From the NCBI GenBank assembly GCA_963758495.1, contig CAVWVI010000005.1, positions 1-64,000 on the forward strand: a stretch of DNA of 64,000 bases, in the 5' to 3' direction. Shown here one piece after another: positions 19,226 through 28,955 of this stretch (its first letter is position 1; the number at the start of each line of letters is the position of its first letter). The position numbers and the translations under genes were made by a program. The DNA comes from Oligoflexia bacterium (GTDB taxonomy: Bacteria > Bdellovibrionota > UBA1018). Below the pieces are notes generated by a model that saw nothing but the letters and a program-made list of their open reading frames with translations, did no database searches and was not told the DNA's origin.

Positions 19226-21619
19226 ATGAGAACCAAACTTGGGGTGTCAGGTTGGATTTTACTCTTATCCATTCTTACTTTTTCTTCCGTTTGGGCTGGG
19301 CCAGGGTCTGACTCCATTCAACTTCCCTCTCTCAAGACAGATGGGGAGAAACTCGCCTTCCTGATTGAAATCAAACATAAGATCCCCAAGCTTTTTAGTG
19401 ATGCGGCAATGTACGACATCGATCTTTTCTCATTGCTCGACGATGAGGCTCAGCTATTAAAAAGGCTGAAATCGAATCCAAAATATCTTCATGAATTCGA
19501 GAATAAATCCTATGACGAAATTACCATAACGCCTCCTCCGGGTGGTTTGGAGGTGGGTACTCGAAAGATCAAGCGAGAGGCCATTCAACAATGGAAGAGC
19601 CAGCTCAATCAAACTTTCCAAAAATTGAAGGCGGAGTTGAGCGTCGAAAGGGGAGTGTCTTCTCCTCAAAAAGTAGTGAACTCTCAGATCAATGAAATTA
19701 TCAGAAGCTTGGAAGCTTCTGGAGACTTTTCTAATCTCTCAGGTAAGAAATTCGGTCGTCTTTTGGCAGAGTTTGGGAAGGAAAAACAAAACCAGGCACT
19801 CTTTAATGAAAAAATTGGAAAAGCTAAAGACTTAGATCTGAAAGGCAGGCTGACCTTGGCACTGGATCTCTATGATCAGTTTCCAGTCAAGCCTCATGCC
19901 GTTACAAAAGAACATCTGAAACACGCGATCCAATTCTTTTCCGCGGTTGAAAAGCTGATCTCCTTGTCTGCCTTACAAGTGGTTCTTCACCGTCCTGGAC
20001 AAGCGGGGAATGCAGACGGAACACCCTGGGAGTCTTGGAAGGCTGCCGAGGATTCTTTGAGTCAACTGAATGGCCAGGACCTTGAGTTTTTTCTGGATAA
20101 ACAAGATGCCTTAGCTCCTTTAGTGAGGAGTTCCATCTCTCATCAAGTTCCTGCGATGAGTGCTCAACCTTCACTCTCGGCACTCTCGGCACTTGAACCG
20201 CAATTGATTGAAGCTATTTTCAAGGGTATTGAATTTTATGCCCAGCAGACCGAGGGAGAAATTGAAAGGGCAACTGAGAAAATTCGACTGACTCAGGTTC
20301 CTCCAGCGGTAGGGATCTTTCGGGGATGCACGGGTGGAGATTGTTCTTCGCAATATTCTTTTCCCTATCCCAATGATCCTCACGAGCGAGTGTTTTTTAT
20401 TTACGATTCAGAGGACCAACTCAAAGGTTATGTGAGTAGTACGGAAGTGATGGCTCAGGGCGAGCCCTCTCTCTATATTGTTACGATAAGCGGAAATCGG
20501 GTGAATGCCGCGGATACGGAATTAGTTTTAAGAGCTTTGGTGCGGGCAAAAGATCAGCTGGGAGTAAAAAATATTTTACTTCCAGAGCCCTCTAAAGTGG
20601 TAGGTTTAATTAATTTCTCAGAAATTCTGGGGATTTATGAAACGTACACTCGACAGAAGCCTCTCATCCCCATTCAATATCAGGATCCTACCCTCAGAAA
20701 AATCATAGAAGGGTATAAAAGTCAGTTTAATAATGGCCACTATGATTACATGGGAAACAATCAGCACGGAGTGGTGTTGAAATTCTCGAATCAGGAGTTA
20801 CGTCAGTTGTCCGTCCAACATGAAAGACTTTCCGATACACGAATTCTTTCCAAGTCATTAAATGAGCTTCAAAATTCGGATATTATAGAGTTTTTGTTGG
20901 ATTTGAATAAGTCAGGACGGAGCGAGATCGTGCGGAAAGTGGTTCAAATTCAGGAAGTCCGATCGAAGATCAATCTTAAACATTTTATTGAATTGACTGA
21001 TGATTTATTGAAGAAATGCGCTGAAAAAGCAGGCAGTCCTCTGAGTGTACAGACTTACCGACACCAAGTTCAGACTTTGTTCTCCGAGTTGGGAATGGAT
21101 TCAAACTACCTGGAAAATCATCTCTCTCTCCTTTATCCAGGCATTGTTCATTGTCAGGATCCCTATTCGGATCAAAATGTCAATCTGACTGTGGAATTCA
21201 TCATAAAGGATATCAAGGAAAGTGAGAGTTTGCATCCTAAAGGCATAAGGTTGGTCGATCTAAAAAACTCAGACAAAAAAGCCATTTCACAGAGTGCTCC
21301 GTTTTTGAAGTATTTTAATAAATTAGTCCTACAGATCATCGATGGGCATTATAGTTTTGATACGAAAGAGGCACAAATTTTTGGATTATTGCTGGTCGAT
21401 CTCAACCTCAACCCAAAGGATTTGGCAATTGCCTATACAGTGGTTGGGCGATTGGAGGACTCTAATTCCAGGGTTCGAGAGAGCGCTGCAACGATGTTGG
21501 AAATTCTCAAGCCAAGTGATCCAGCGATAACACATGCACTGGCTGAACATGTGAACGATCCTGATGTCAGTGTTAGAGATGCAGTTAAAAGGGCACTGGA
21601 AGGGATACAGGGTAAATAA
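19226..21619 (+). CDS. HEAT-repeat secreted protein, paralog 2 (two repeats)
   Basis: Clearly alignable to 16319-19087 and 23136-25511. Confidence 0.85.
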   Translation: MRTKLGVSGWILLLSILTFSSVWAGPGSDSIQLPSLKTDGEKLAFLIEIKHKIPKLFSDAAMYDIDLFSLLDDEAQLLKRLKSNPKYLHEFENKSYDEITITPPPGGLEVGTRKIKREAIQQWKSQLNQTFQKLKAELSVERGVSSPQKVVNSQINEIIRSLEASGDFSNLSGKKFGRLLAEFGKEKQNQALFNEKIGKAKDLDLKGRLTLALDLYDQFPVKPHAVTKEHLKHAIQFFSAVEKLISLSALQVVLHRPGQAGNADGTPWESWKAAEDSLSQLNGQDLEFFLDKQDALAPLVRSSISHQVPAMSAQPSLSALSALEPQLIEAIFKGIEFYAQQTEGEIERATEKIRLTQVPPAVGIFRGCTGGDCSSQYSFPYPNDPHERVFFIYDSEDQLKGYVSSTEVMAQGEPSLYIVTISGNRVNAADTELVLRALVRAKDQLGVKNILLPEPSKVVGLINFSEILGIYETYTRQKPLIPIQYQDPTLRKIIEGYKSQFNNGHYDYMGNNQHGVVLKFSNQELRQLSVQHERLSDTRILSKSLNELQNSDIIEFLLDLNKSGRSEIVRKVVQIQEVRSKINLKHFIELTDDLLKKCAEKAGSPLSVQTYRHQVQTLFSELGMDSNYLENHLSLLYPGIVHCQDPYSDQNVNLTVEFIIKDIKESESLHPKGIRLVDLKNSDKKAISQSAPFLKYFNKLVLQIIDGHYSFDTKEAQIFGLLLVDLNLNPKDLAIAYTVVGRLEDSNSRVRESAATMLEILKPSDPAITHALAEHVNDPDVSVRDAVKRALEGIQGK

Positions 21620-21763
21620 AAATTAAAAACTTTGGATTATGTAGATCGTGGTAGAATTTCACCATCCCAAAGCGCAGTGAAAAATGCATGAACACCCATC
21701 AGTGGTGAATTTCTGAAGTAGGACTGAACGACCTCGGTCCTTGGTATGCGTTTGCAAAACGGA

Positions 21764-21798
21764 TTGACTAAGTCATTTTTACATGTAAAAATGACTTA
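21764..21798 (+). promoter_or_regulatory. Perfect 30-bp palindrome (putative operator) overlapping a sigma70-like promoter and the ATPase start codon
   Basis: TAAGTCATTTTTACA|TGTAAAAATGACTTA at 21769-21798; TTGACT at 21764-21769. Confidence 0.65.
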
Positions 21799-22955
21799 TG
21801 TATCCGCGATTTTATAAGTCATTGAAAAATCAAAGTTTTTTTCTATTCGGGCCGAGGGCTACTGGGAAAACTACTTGGCTAAAGAGTACTTATCCTCATT
21901 CTCAAAGGTTGGATTTACTTCATTCGGAGACCGCTCGGTTGTTATTAGCTTCTCCAGCTCGACTTGAAGGGATGCTTCAAAGAGGGGATTCAGGAAATAT
22001 TGAAAATCCTATCATTATTGATGAAGTTCAAAAAATACCCTCACTTTTGGACGAAGTTCATCGACTCATTGAAGATCAGAAGCTGAAGTTTATACTCACG
22101 GGATCAAGCGCGCGTAAATTACGAAGATCCGGGGCAAATCTATTAGCTGGAAGAGCGTATCAGAGGTTTTTTTACCCTCTTACTTGCTGGGAATTGGGAG
22201 AGGCATTTAATTTAGAGAAGGCACTGAGAGTGGGTTTGCTTCCAAGTGCCTGGGACGCGGAAAGTCCGAAGGATTTTTTATCTTCCTATATTTACACTTA
22301 TTTGAAAGAAGAAGTGTCCGCTGAGGGATTGACACGTAATTTAGAGGCTTTTTCCAGGTTTTTAGAGTTTTCTAGTTTTTCTCAAGGTCAGCCCCTGACC
22401 ATGACCACTCTTGCTACCGACGTAGGAGTGAGTGCGAAGCTGATTGGTTCTTATCTTGAGATACTCGAGGATCTTTTATTAGCTAAACAGATTCCTGTTT
22501 TTACAAAGAGGGCTAAGCGAAGGATGGCTGTTCATCCTAAGTTTTTTCTTTTTGATGTGGGTGTCTATCGTACTCTTCGACCTAAAGGTCCACTGGATAG
22601 CGACAGTGAGGTGGATGGAAGCGCTTTAGAGACGCTTTTTTTTCATCATCATCGTGCTTTAGGTGAGTTTACCCAGTGGGATCAGGAGTTATTTTATTGG
22701 AGAACAGCACAGAAAGCAGAAGTGGATTTTGTGAGTTATGGGGGATTGGGTATTTTCGCATTTGAGATCAAACGCGGTGCTGTTCTTCGACAGGAAGAAT
22801 TGAATGCACTTAAACTTTTTAAACAGGATTACCCTATGGCTAAGTGCTTTTTTCTCTATGGAGGAAGAGAGGAACGTCTGCTCGATCAGATTCAGATCTT
22901 GAACTTCGAGAAGGCACTTTGGAAGTTACCCGAATTGATGGGGGTTCATTTATAA
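21798..22955 (+). CDS. AAA_14 + DUF4143 ATP-binding protein
   Basis: FGPRATGKTT, IIDEVQK, LTGSSARKL...LAGRA, PKFFLFDVG, YWRT...EVDFV...FEIK. Confidence 0.9.
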   Translation: MYPRFYKSLKNQSFFLFGPRATGKTTWLKSTYPHSQRLDLLHSETARLLLASPARLEGMLQRGDSGNIENPIIIDEVQKIPSLLDEVHRLIEDQKLKFILTGSSARKLRRSGANLLAGRAYQRFFYPLTCWELGEAFNLEKALRVGLLPSAWDAESPKDFLSSYIYTYLKEEVSAEGLTRNLEAFSRFLEFSSFSQGQPLTMTTLATDVGVSAKLIGSYLEILEDLLLAKQIPVFTKRAKRRMAVHPKFFLFDVGVYRTLRPKGPLDSDSEVDGSALETLFFHHHRALGEFTQWDQELFYWRTAQKAEVDFVSYGGLGIFAFEIKRGAVLRQEELNALKLFKQDYPMAKCFFLYGGREERLLDQIQILNFEKALWKLPELMGVHL

Positions 22956-22981
22956 CGGGAGCCGTTTTTGAGATAGAGCGT

Positions 22982-23055
22982 AAGCATTGCGAAGGAGTCC
23001 TGTTGCGCCGGGAATCCAAATCTTTACGGCGCAATAGGACTCCTTCGCAATGCTT
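22982..23055. repeat. 29-bp-arm inverted repeat (long hairpin/REP- or IS-end-like)
   Basis: AAGCATTGCGAAGGAGTCCTGTTGCGCCG - 16 nt - CGGCGCAATAGGACTCCTTCGCAATGCTT, one G-T mismatch. Confidence 0.8.
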
Positions 23056-23135
23056 GTTAACATCCCTAAAGGAACTGGTTACGATAAATCAATCTTCTGG
23101 TATTCATATCGGATTCAATTCATAATTGAATCCAT

Positions 23136-25511
23136 ATGAGAATCAAGCTTGGGGTGTCAGGTTGGATTTTACTCTTACCCATTCTTATTTTTTCTTCCGT
23201 TTGGGCTGGGCCAGGGTCAGACTCCATTCAACTTCCCTCTCTCAAGACAGATGGGGAGAAACTCGCCCTCCTGATTGAGATCAAAAATAAGATCCCCAAG
23301 ATTTTTAGCGATGCAGCAAAGTATGACATCGATCTTTTCTCATTGCTCGACAATGAGACACAGTTATTAGAAAAGCTGAAATCGAATCCCAAATACCTTC
23401 ATGCATTCGAGAATAAATCCTATGACGAAATTACCGTAACGCCTCCTCCGGGAGGTTTGGAGGTGGGTACACGAAAGATCAAGCGAGAGGCCATTCAACA
23501 ATGGAAGAGCCAGCTCAATCAAACTTTCCAAAAATTGAAGACGGAGTTGAAGGCAGAGTTGAGCGTTGAAAGGGGAGGACCCTCTCCTCAAAAAGGAGTG
23601 AGTTCTCAGATCAATGGGATTGTCAGAAACTTGGAAGCTTCTGGAGACTTTTCGAATCTCTCAGGTAAGAAGTTCGGTCGTCTTTTAGCAGAGTTTGGGA
23701 AGGAAAAACAAAACCAGGCACTCTTTAATGAAAAAATTGGAAAAGCTAAAGACTTGGATCTGAAGGGTAGACTGACCTTGGCGCTGGAGTTCTATGATCA
23801 GTTTCCAGTCAAGTCTCATACCGTTACAAAAGAACATCTGGAAAGCGCGATCCAATCTATGGCCGAGGTTGAAAAGCTGATCTCCTTGTCTGCCTTACAA
23901 GTGGTTCTTCACCGTCCTGGACAAGCAGAGAATGCAGATGGAACACCCTGGGAATCTTGGAAGGCCGCCGAGGATTCTTTGAATCAACTGAATGGACAGG
24001 ACCTTGAATTTTTTCTGGATAAACAAGATGCCTTAGCTCCTTTAGTGAGGAGCTCGATCTCGCATCAAGTTCCTGCGATGAGTCCACTTGAACCCCAATT
24101 GATTGAGGCTATTTTCAAGGGTATTGAATTTTATGCCCAGCAGACCGAGGGAGAAATTGAAAAGGCAACTGAGAAAATTCGACTGACTCAGGTTCCTCCA
24201 GCAGTAGGGATCTTTCGAGGGTGCACGGGTGGGGATTGTTCTTCACGGTATTCTTTTCCCTATCCCAATGATCCTCACGAGCGAGTGTTTTTTATTTACG
24301 ATTCAGAGGACCAACTCAAAGGTTATGTGAGTAGTACGGAAGTGATGGCTCAGGGCGAGCCCTCTCTCTATATTGTTACGATAAGCGGAAATCGGGTGAA
24401 TGCAGCAGATACGGAATTAGTTTTAAGAGCTTTGGCGCGGGCAAAAGATCAGCTGGGAGTAAAAAATATTTTACTTCCAGAGCCCTCTCATGTGAAAGGT
24501 TTAATTAATTTCCCAGAAATTCGGGGAGTTTATGAAACGTACACTCGACAGAAGCCTCTCATCCCCATTCAATATCAGGATCCTACCCTCAGAAAAATTA
24601 TAGAAGGGTATAAAAGTCAGTTTAATAATGGCCACTATGATTTCATGGGAAACAATCAACACGGTGTGGTTTTGAAATTCTCGGATCAGAAGTCAAGTCA
24701 GTTGTCCGTCCAGCATGAAAGACTTTTCGATACACGAATTCTTTCCAAGTCATTAAATGAGATTAAAAATTCGGATATTGTGGAATTTCTGTTGGATCTG
24801 AACAAGTCAGGACGGAGCCAGCTCGTTCAGAAAGTGATTCAAATTCAGGAAGTCCGATCGAAGCTCAATCTGAAACATTTTATCGAATTGACTGAAGGTT
24901 TGTTGAGGAAATGTGCAGAAAAAGCAGGCAGCCCTCTGAGCGTACAGGCGTACCGACACCAAGTTCAGACTTTGTTCTCTGAATGGGGAATGGATTTAAA
25001 CTACCTCGAAAATCATCTCTCTCTCCTCTATCCTGGCATTGTTCACTGTCAGGACCCTTATTCGGATCAAAATGTCAATTTGACTGCGGAATTCATCATC
25101 AAGGATATCGAGGAAAGTGAAAATTTTTATTTTTATTCTAAGTGTATAAATTTGTTCGCTCTGAAAGACTCAGATCAAAAAGCTATTTCAGAGAGTGCTC
25201 CGTATTTGAAGTATTTTAATAAATTAGTCCTACAGCTTAGCGATTCGGGTGATGAATTTAATACGAAAGGGATGCAAATTTTTGGATTATTACTCAATCT
25301 CAAGCCAAAGGATCTGGCAATTGCTCATACACTCGTTGGACGATTGAAGGACTCTGATGCCAGGGTTCGAATGAACGCTGCAAGGGTGTTGGAAATTCTC
25401 AAGCCAAGTGATCCAGCGATAGCACATGCACTGGCTGAACATGTGAACGATCCTGATATCAGGGTTAGATCTTCAGTTCAAAAGGCGTTGGAACAGATTC
25501 AGAGTAAATAA
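23136..25511 (+). CDS. HEAT-repeat secreted protein, paralog 3 (two repeats)
   Basis: Paralog of the two upstream genes; shares 5' flank with copy 1 and 3' flank with copy 2. Confidence 0.85.
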   Translation: MRIKLGVSGWILLLPILIFSSVWAGPGSDSIQLPSLKTDGEKLALLIEIKNKIPKIFSDAAKYDIDLFSLLDNETQLLEKLKSNPKYLHAFENKSYDEITVTPPPGGLEVGTRKIKREAIQQWKSQLNQTFQKLKTELKAELSVERGGPSPQKGVSSQINGIVRNLEASGDFSNLSGKKFGRLLAEFGKEKQNQALFNEKIGKAKDLDLKGRLTLALEFYDQFPVKSHTVTKEHLESAIQSMAEVEKLISLSALQVVLHRPGQAENADGTPWESWKAAEDSLNQLNGQDLEFFLDKQDALAPLVRSSISHQVPAMSPLEPQLIEAIFKGIEFYAQQTEGEIEKATEKIRLTQVPPAVGIFRGCTGGDCSSRYSFPYPNDPHERVFFIYDSEDQLKGYVSSTEVMAQGEPSLYIVTISGNRVNAADTELVLRALARAKDQLGVKNILLPEPSHVKGLINFPEIRGVYETYTRQKPLIPIQYQDPTLRKIIEGYKSQFNNGHYDFMGNNQHGVVLKFSDQKSSQLSVQHERLFDTRILSKSLNEIKNSDIVEFLLDLNKSGRSQLVQKVIQIQEVRSKLNLKHFIELTEGLLRKCAEKAGSPLSVQAYRHQVQTLFSEWGMDLNYLENHLSLLYPGIVHCQDPYSDQNVNLTAEFIIKDIEESENFYFYSKCINLFALKDSDQKAISESAPYLKYFNKLVLQLSDSGDEFNTKGMQIFGLLLNLKPKDLAIAHTLVGRLKDSDARVRMNAARVLEILKPSDPAIAHALAEHVNDPDIRVRSSVQKALEQIQSK

Positions 25512-25594
25512 AAATTAAAAATTTTGGATTATGCAGATCGTGGCAGAACTTCACCGTCATTATTGATGGGGCGCATCTATAATGGAGCCGCTCT

Positions 25595-26173
25595 TCACTT
25601 ACGTCGCGGCCCTGTCACAAATAGATTCTCAGTTTCTTTTTGTTCTTCGGCTTCACGCTCTAAAAATTCAGGATCATGCTTGGAGAGCCACTCATTGGCA
25701 GCGTCATCCAGGAGAGGATTGGATTGATCGATTTTAATAAAAATCCGTTTTCCATCTGACTCTATGGAAGTCCAAAGGAGAGGGAGCTCTTGAAGGGCAG
25801 AGTGCGGCTCCTCTGCTAATAGAGTGATTGCTTCAGGGTGGGTGGGGTCCAGAAGCTGTCCAAAGATCGATCCAATCGCATCCACACAGGCGGAGAGGAG
25901 ATCTTCGAGAATAGGTGCACTTGCTTTTGGATCAAAGTCACTACTGGCATAGACAGTGGTGCCGCTGATTTGGTTTTCTGCTAGCAAGGAAACAGCGAGG
26001 AGAATCTCATCCGGGAATATTTCACCGCGTGCTCGAAAATGGGGATTCTTTTTTGATTGGCTGTAAATTTTTAATCCCTCATCAAAGTGAACTGAAAAGG
26101 TATCGCTTACCATTTGAAGGTAGTCTTTAGGGAGGGAGCTGGGCTTTGCGGTAAATTGTTTTCTTTGTTCCAT
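25595..26173 (-). CDS. Hypothetical protein
   Basis: 192-aa ORF directly abutting the degP stop, same strand. Confidence 0.75.
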   Translation of the reverse strand: MEQRKQFTAKPSSLPKDYLQMVSDTFSVHFDEGLKIYSQSKKNPHFRARGEIFPDEILLAVSLLAENQISGTTVYASSDFDPKASAPILEDLLSACVDAIGSIFGQLLDPTHPEAITLLAEEPHSALQELPLLWTSIESDGKRIFIKIDQSNPLLDDAANEWLSKHDPEFLEREAEEQKETENLFVTGPRRK

Positions 26174-27270
26174 TTAAATAATTCCTTTCGGGAGATTTGT
26201 GAGTCGAGGTAACTCTTCCAGCTTCACTAATATCTCCCGTTGTTTTTTCCCTCGAAAGATTTTCAAAGAAACCTGATCATTGGGTTTGTGCTTAGCCAAA
26301 ATTCTCTCTACATCGTTCGGCTCTTGAGTATTCATATTATCGATGCTCACGAGAATATCGCCTTGTTGAAGGCCTGCCCGATCTGCAGGAGCGCTTTCTA
26401 CAGTATCATAGATCAAGACACCTTTCGCGGTCTTTAATTGATAATACTGTTCCAATTGAGGAGTCAGCTTGTCTCCTAATATTCCAAGCCAAGGCCTAGG
26501 TACACGCCCATATTTTTTCAAGTCCGGAATCAACTTCTTGGCTTCATTAATTGGAATAGCAAAACCTAAACCACTGCTTTGACCTGTATTGGAATGAATC
26601 ACTGAGTTAATGCCAATCACTTCCCCTTTTGCATTGAAGAGGGGGCCTCCGCTGTTGCCAGGATTAATGGATGCATCTGTTTGTAAAAAATTATCAAAAG
26701 GTCCGAGGCCGATGGTACGATTTTTTGCGCTAATAATACCGCGGGTCACTGTATTTTGAAATCCAAATGGATTACCGACCGCAACAGCAGTTTCTCCAAT
26801 GCGAACGGTATCTGAGTCTCCTAACGGAACAGGGGTCAGTTTAGCGGGCGCAGTGTAATTCTTGTCACGTACTTGGATCAGAGCAAGATCCATTTTGTCA
26901 TCTTTTCCAATGATTTTTGCGCGAAGTTGTCGCTTATCAGGAAACGTCACTACGACTTCCGAGGCCTGCTCAACCACATGATTATTTGTGAGAATGTAAC
27001 CATCCTTATCAATGATAAAGCCTGATCCCAGCGATGTTTGTTTTCTCTCTGTGGAATTCCCCAAAGGCGCATGAACTCGTCCATTCCATACACCTGATAA
27101 TTAATTACGGTTGTAGAACTAATATTGACTACGCCGGGAGATATTTTTTCTATCATATCAGGCAGACTCTCTCCGCAAGCGACCGGGGCGCTTGCTTCTG
27201 CTTTTTGGATGAAATCAGGGCTTAGAGTTGCTATGCAGGCCACAAGTAAGCAAAGCGTCGGTATTCTCAT
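26174..27270 (-). pseudogene. degP: DegP/HtrA-family serine protease (trypsin + PDZ) split by a frameshift near 27045
   Basis: First frame: signal peptide MRIPTLCLLVACIA...ISPGVVNIS. Second frame: SLGSGFII, TNNHVV, DLALI, QTDASINPGNSGGPL, PDZ. Junction in CACAGAGAGAAAAC. May be a sequencing error. Confidence 0.8.
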
Positions 27271-27320
27271 TTGGAATGTTTTAAACTGAGTTTTTAAGAC
27301 TGACAAGTGGGTAATTTTAC

Positions 27321-27483
27321 ATTGTGCGCCTGCCACGAAGGATGAATTGCAAAAAACCATAAAGAATTCATATATTCATCAAGGTAAAGTGGCGATCTGA
27401 ACCCACTCATCATCAAGTTATCAAAAAAGCGATGTCATCATGATGATTTAACTTAAACTCGTCCTTTGTGACAGGCGCACAAT
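27321..27483. mobile_element. 163-bp MITE, copy 2
   Basis: Two substitutions relative to 15905-16067, same orientation. TACA occurs on both sides if the ends are taken as TTGTG...CACAA. Confidence 0.85.
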
Positions 27484-27730
27484 ACATGATTAAGCACCTC
27501 TGATAATTGAAAAAATTTGCAAAAATCGGAGGTACTTGTAGCAGTTGACCTTCATCCTTTAGGGATTGGAAAACCACAGTATTTCATTTTTGATTCAGGA
27601 CTTGCTCACAGACTAAAATAGTTAGCTATTTGATTTTAGTTCTAGAAACTTAGGTGCGCTAGCGTTAGGGTAGGGCTGAACTTGAACTTGCTGTCTGAAG
27701 ACCTTACTGAAGGACTTGAAGGAGAATTTT

Positions 27731-28909
27731 ATGCGAGAAGTAGTTATTGTGAGTATTGCCCGAACTGCCCAAGGGAGTTTTCAAGGAGCGCTCTCCTCTA
27801 TTTCCGCCCCGAAATTAGGTGCAATTGCCATAGAGGCGGCGATCCAGCGTGCCGGCATTCAGCCCTCGCAAGTTTCAGAAGTGATCATGGGAAATGTTTT
27901 GACTGCGGGTGAGGGGCAAGCTCCTGCACGCCAAGCAGCGATTTATGCAGGGATTCCTAAGTCGGTACCCGCAATGACCCTCAATAAAGTTTGTGGCAGC
28001 GGAATGAAAGCCGTCATGTCTGGAGTCCAGTCCATATTGCTGGGCGATAGTGAAGTCGTAGTTGCAGGTGGAATGGAAAATATGAGCCAGTCTCCATTTT
28101 TACTTCAAAATGGCAGAGCAGGGTTTCGGATGGGGCATCAGACACTCGTGGATTCTATGATTCATGATGGGCTCTGGGATCCCTATAATAAGCAGCACAT
28201 GGGCAATTGCGCAGAGCTTTGTGCCCGCGAGAAAAAATTCTCTCGTAAGGAACAAGATGATTTCGCTGCAGAAAGCTTTAGAAGAGCTCAAGAGGCTCAG
28301 AAGGCTGGCAAGTTCGCCGAAGAAATCGTAGCCGTTGGAATTCCTGGTAAAAAAGGGGAAGTGCATCAATTTGATCAAGACGAAGGCCCGAGCAAAGTCC
28401 AGTTTGATAAAATTCCAACTCTGAAACCGGTCTTTGATAAGCAAGGAACAGTAACGGCTGCCAATGCTTCGACTATCAATGATGGAGCTGCAGCACTCGT
28501 ACTGATGTCTGCTGATGAGGCCCGGAAGTTAGGTCTCAAGCCTCTCGCGAAAATCGTTTCTTACGGATCGAATGCGCAAGAGCCCGAATGGTTTACGACA
28601 GCCCCAGCAGAGGCGATGAAACGGGCTTTGAAAAAGGCGAATTGGGAAGTGAAAGACGTCGATCTTTTTGAGGTGAACGAAGCATTTGCCGTCGTGGCTC
28701 TGGCCGCTCAACGGGACTTGGGCATTCCTGCAGATCGACTCAATGTGTGGGGAGGTGCAATTTCGTTGGGCCATCCTATTGGAGCCAGTGGTGCTCGAAT
28801 TATAGTGACGTTGCTTTCTGCTCTCAAAGATAAAGGACTCAAGCGCGGTATTGCGGGTATTTGTATTGGTGGAGGCGAGGCGACTGCGATTTGTGTAGAG
28901 AGAATTTAA
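27731..28909 (+). CDS. atoB: Acetyl-CoA C-acetyltransferase (thiolase)
   Basis: NKVCGSG, NEAFA, GHPIGASG, CIGGG; GGAG RBS before ATG 27731. Confidence 0.93.
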   Translation: MREVVIVSIARTAQGSFQGALSSISAPKLGAIAIEAAIQRAGIQPSQVSEVIMGNVLTAGEGQAPARQAAIYAGIPKSVPAMTLNKVCGSGMKAVMSGVQSILLGDSEVVVAGGMENMSQSPFLLQNGRAGFRMGHQTLVDSMIHDGLWDPYNKQHMGNCAELCAREKKFSRKEQDDFAAESFRRAQEAQKAGKFAEEIVAVGIPGKKGEVHQFDQDEGPSKVQFDKIPTLKPVFDKQGTVTAANASTINDGAAALVLMSADEARKLGLKPLAKIVSYGSNAQEPEWFTTAPAEAMKRALKKANWEVKDVDLFEVNEAFAVVALAAQRDLGIPADRLNVWGGAISLGHPIGASGARIIVTLLSALKDKGLKRGIAGICIGGGEATAICVERI

Positions 28910-28955
28910 CAATATCCGGTAGTCACTGAAGCGGATTGAATCATTTTGGAGTTTT

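Noticed and set aside
22957..22966. GGGAGCCGTT and its reverse complement at 31451-31460 as ends of an 8.5-kb element
   Set aside because: Only 10 bp, the interval encloses core genes, and it is compatible with chance.
26950..27360. Independent 136-aa gene
   Set aside because: Its first codons come from the MITE and its middle is the frameshifted DegP N-terminus.
15905..27483. Composite transposon bounded by the two MITEs
   Set aside because: The interval includes core-like genes (degP and its neighbour), each MITE has its own flanking direct repeat, and the outer flanks share at most 4 bp (TACA).
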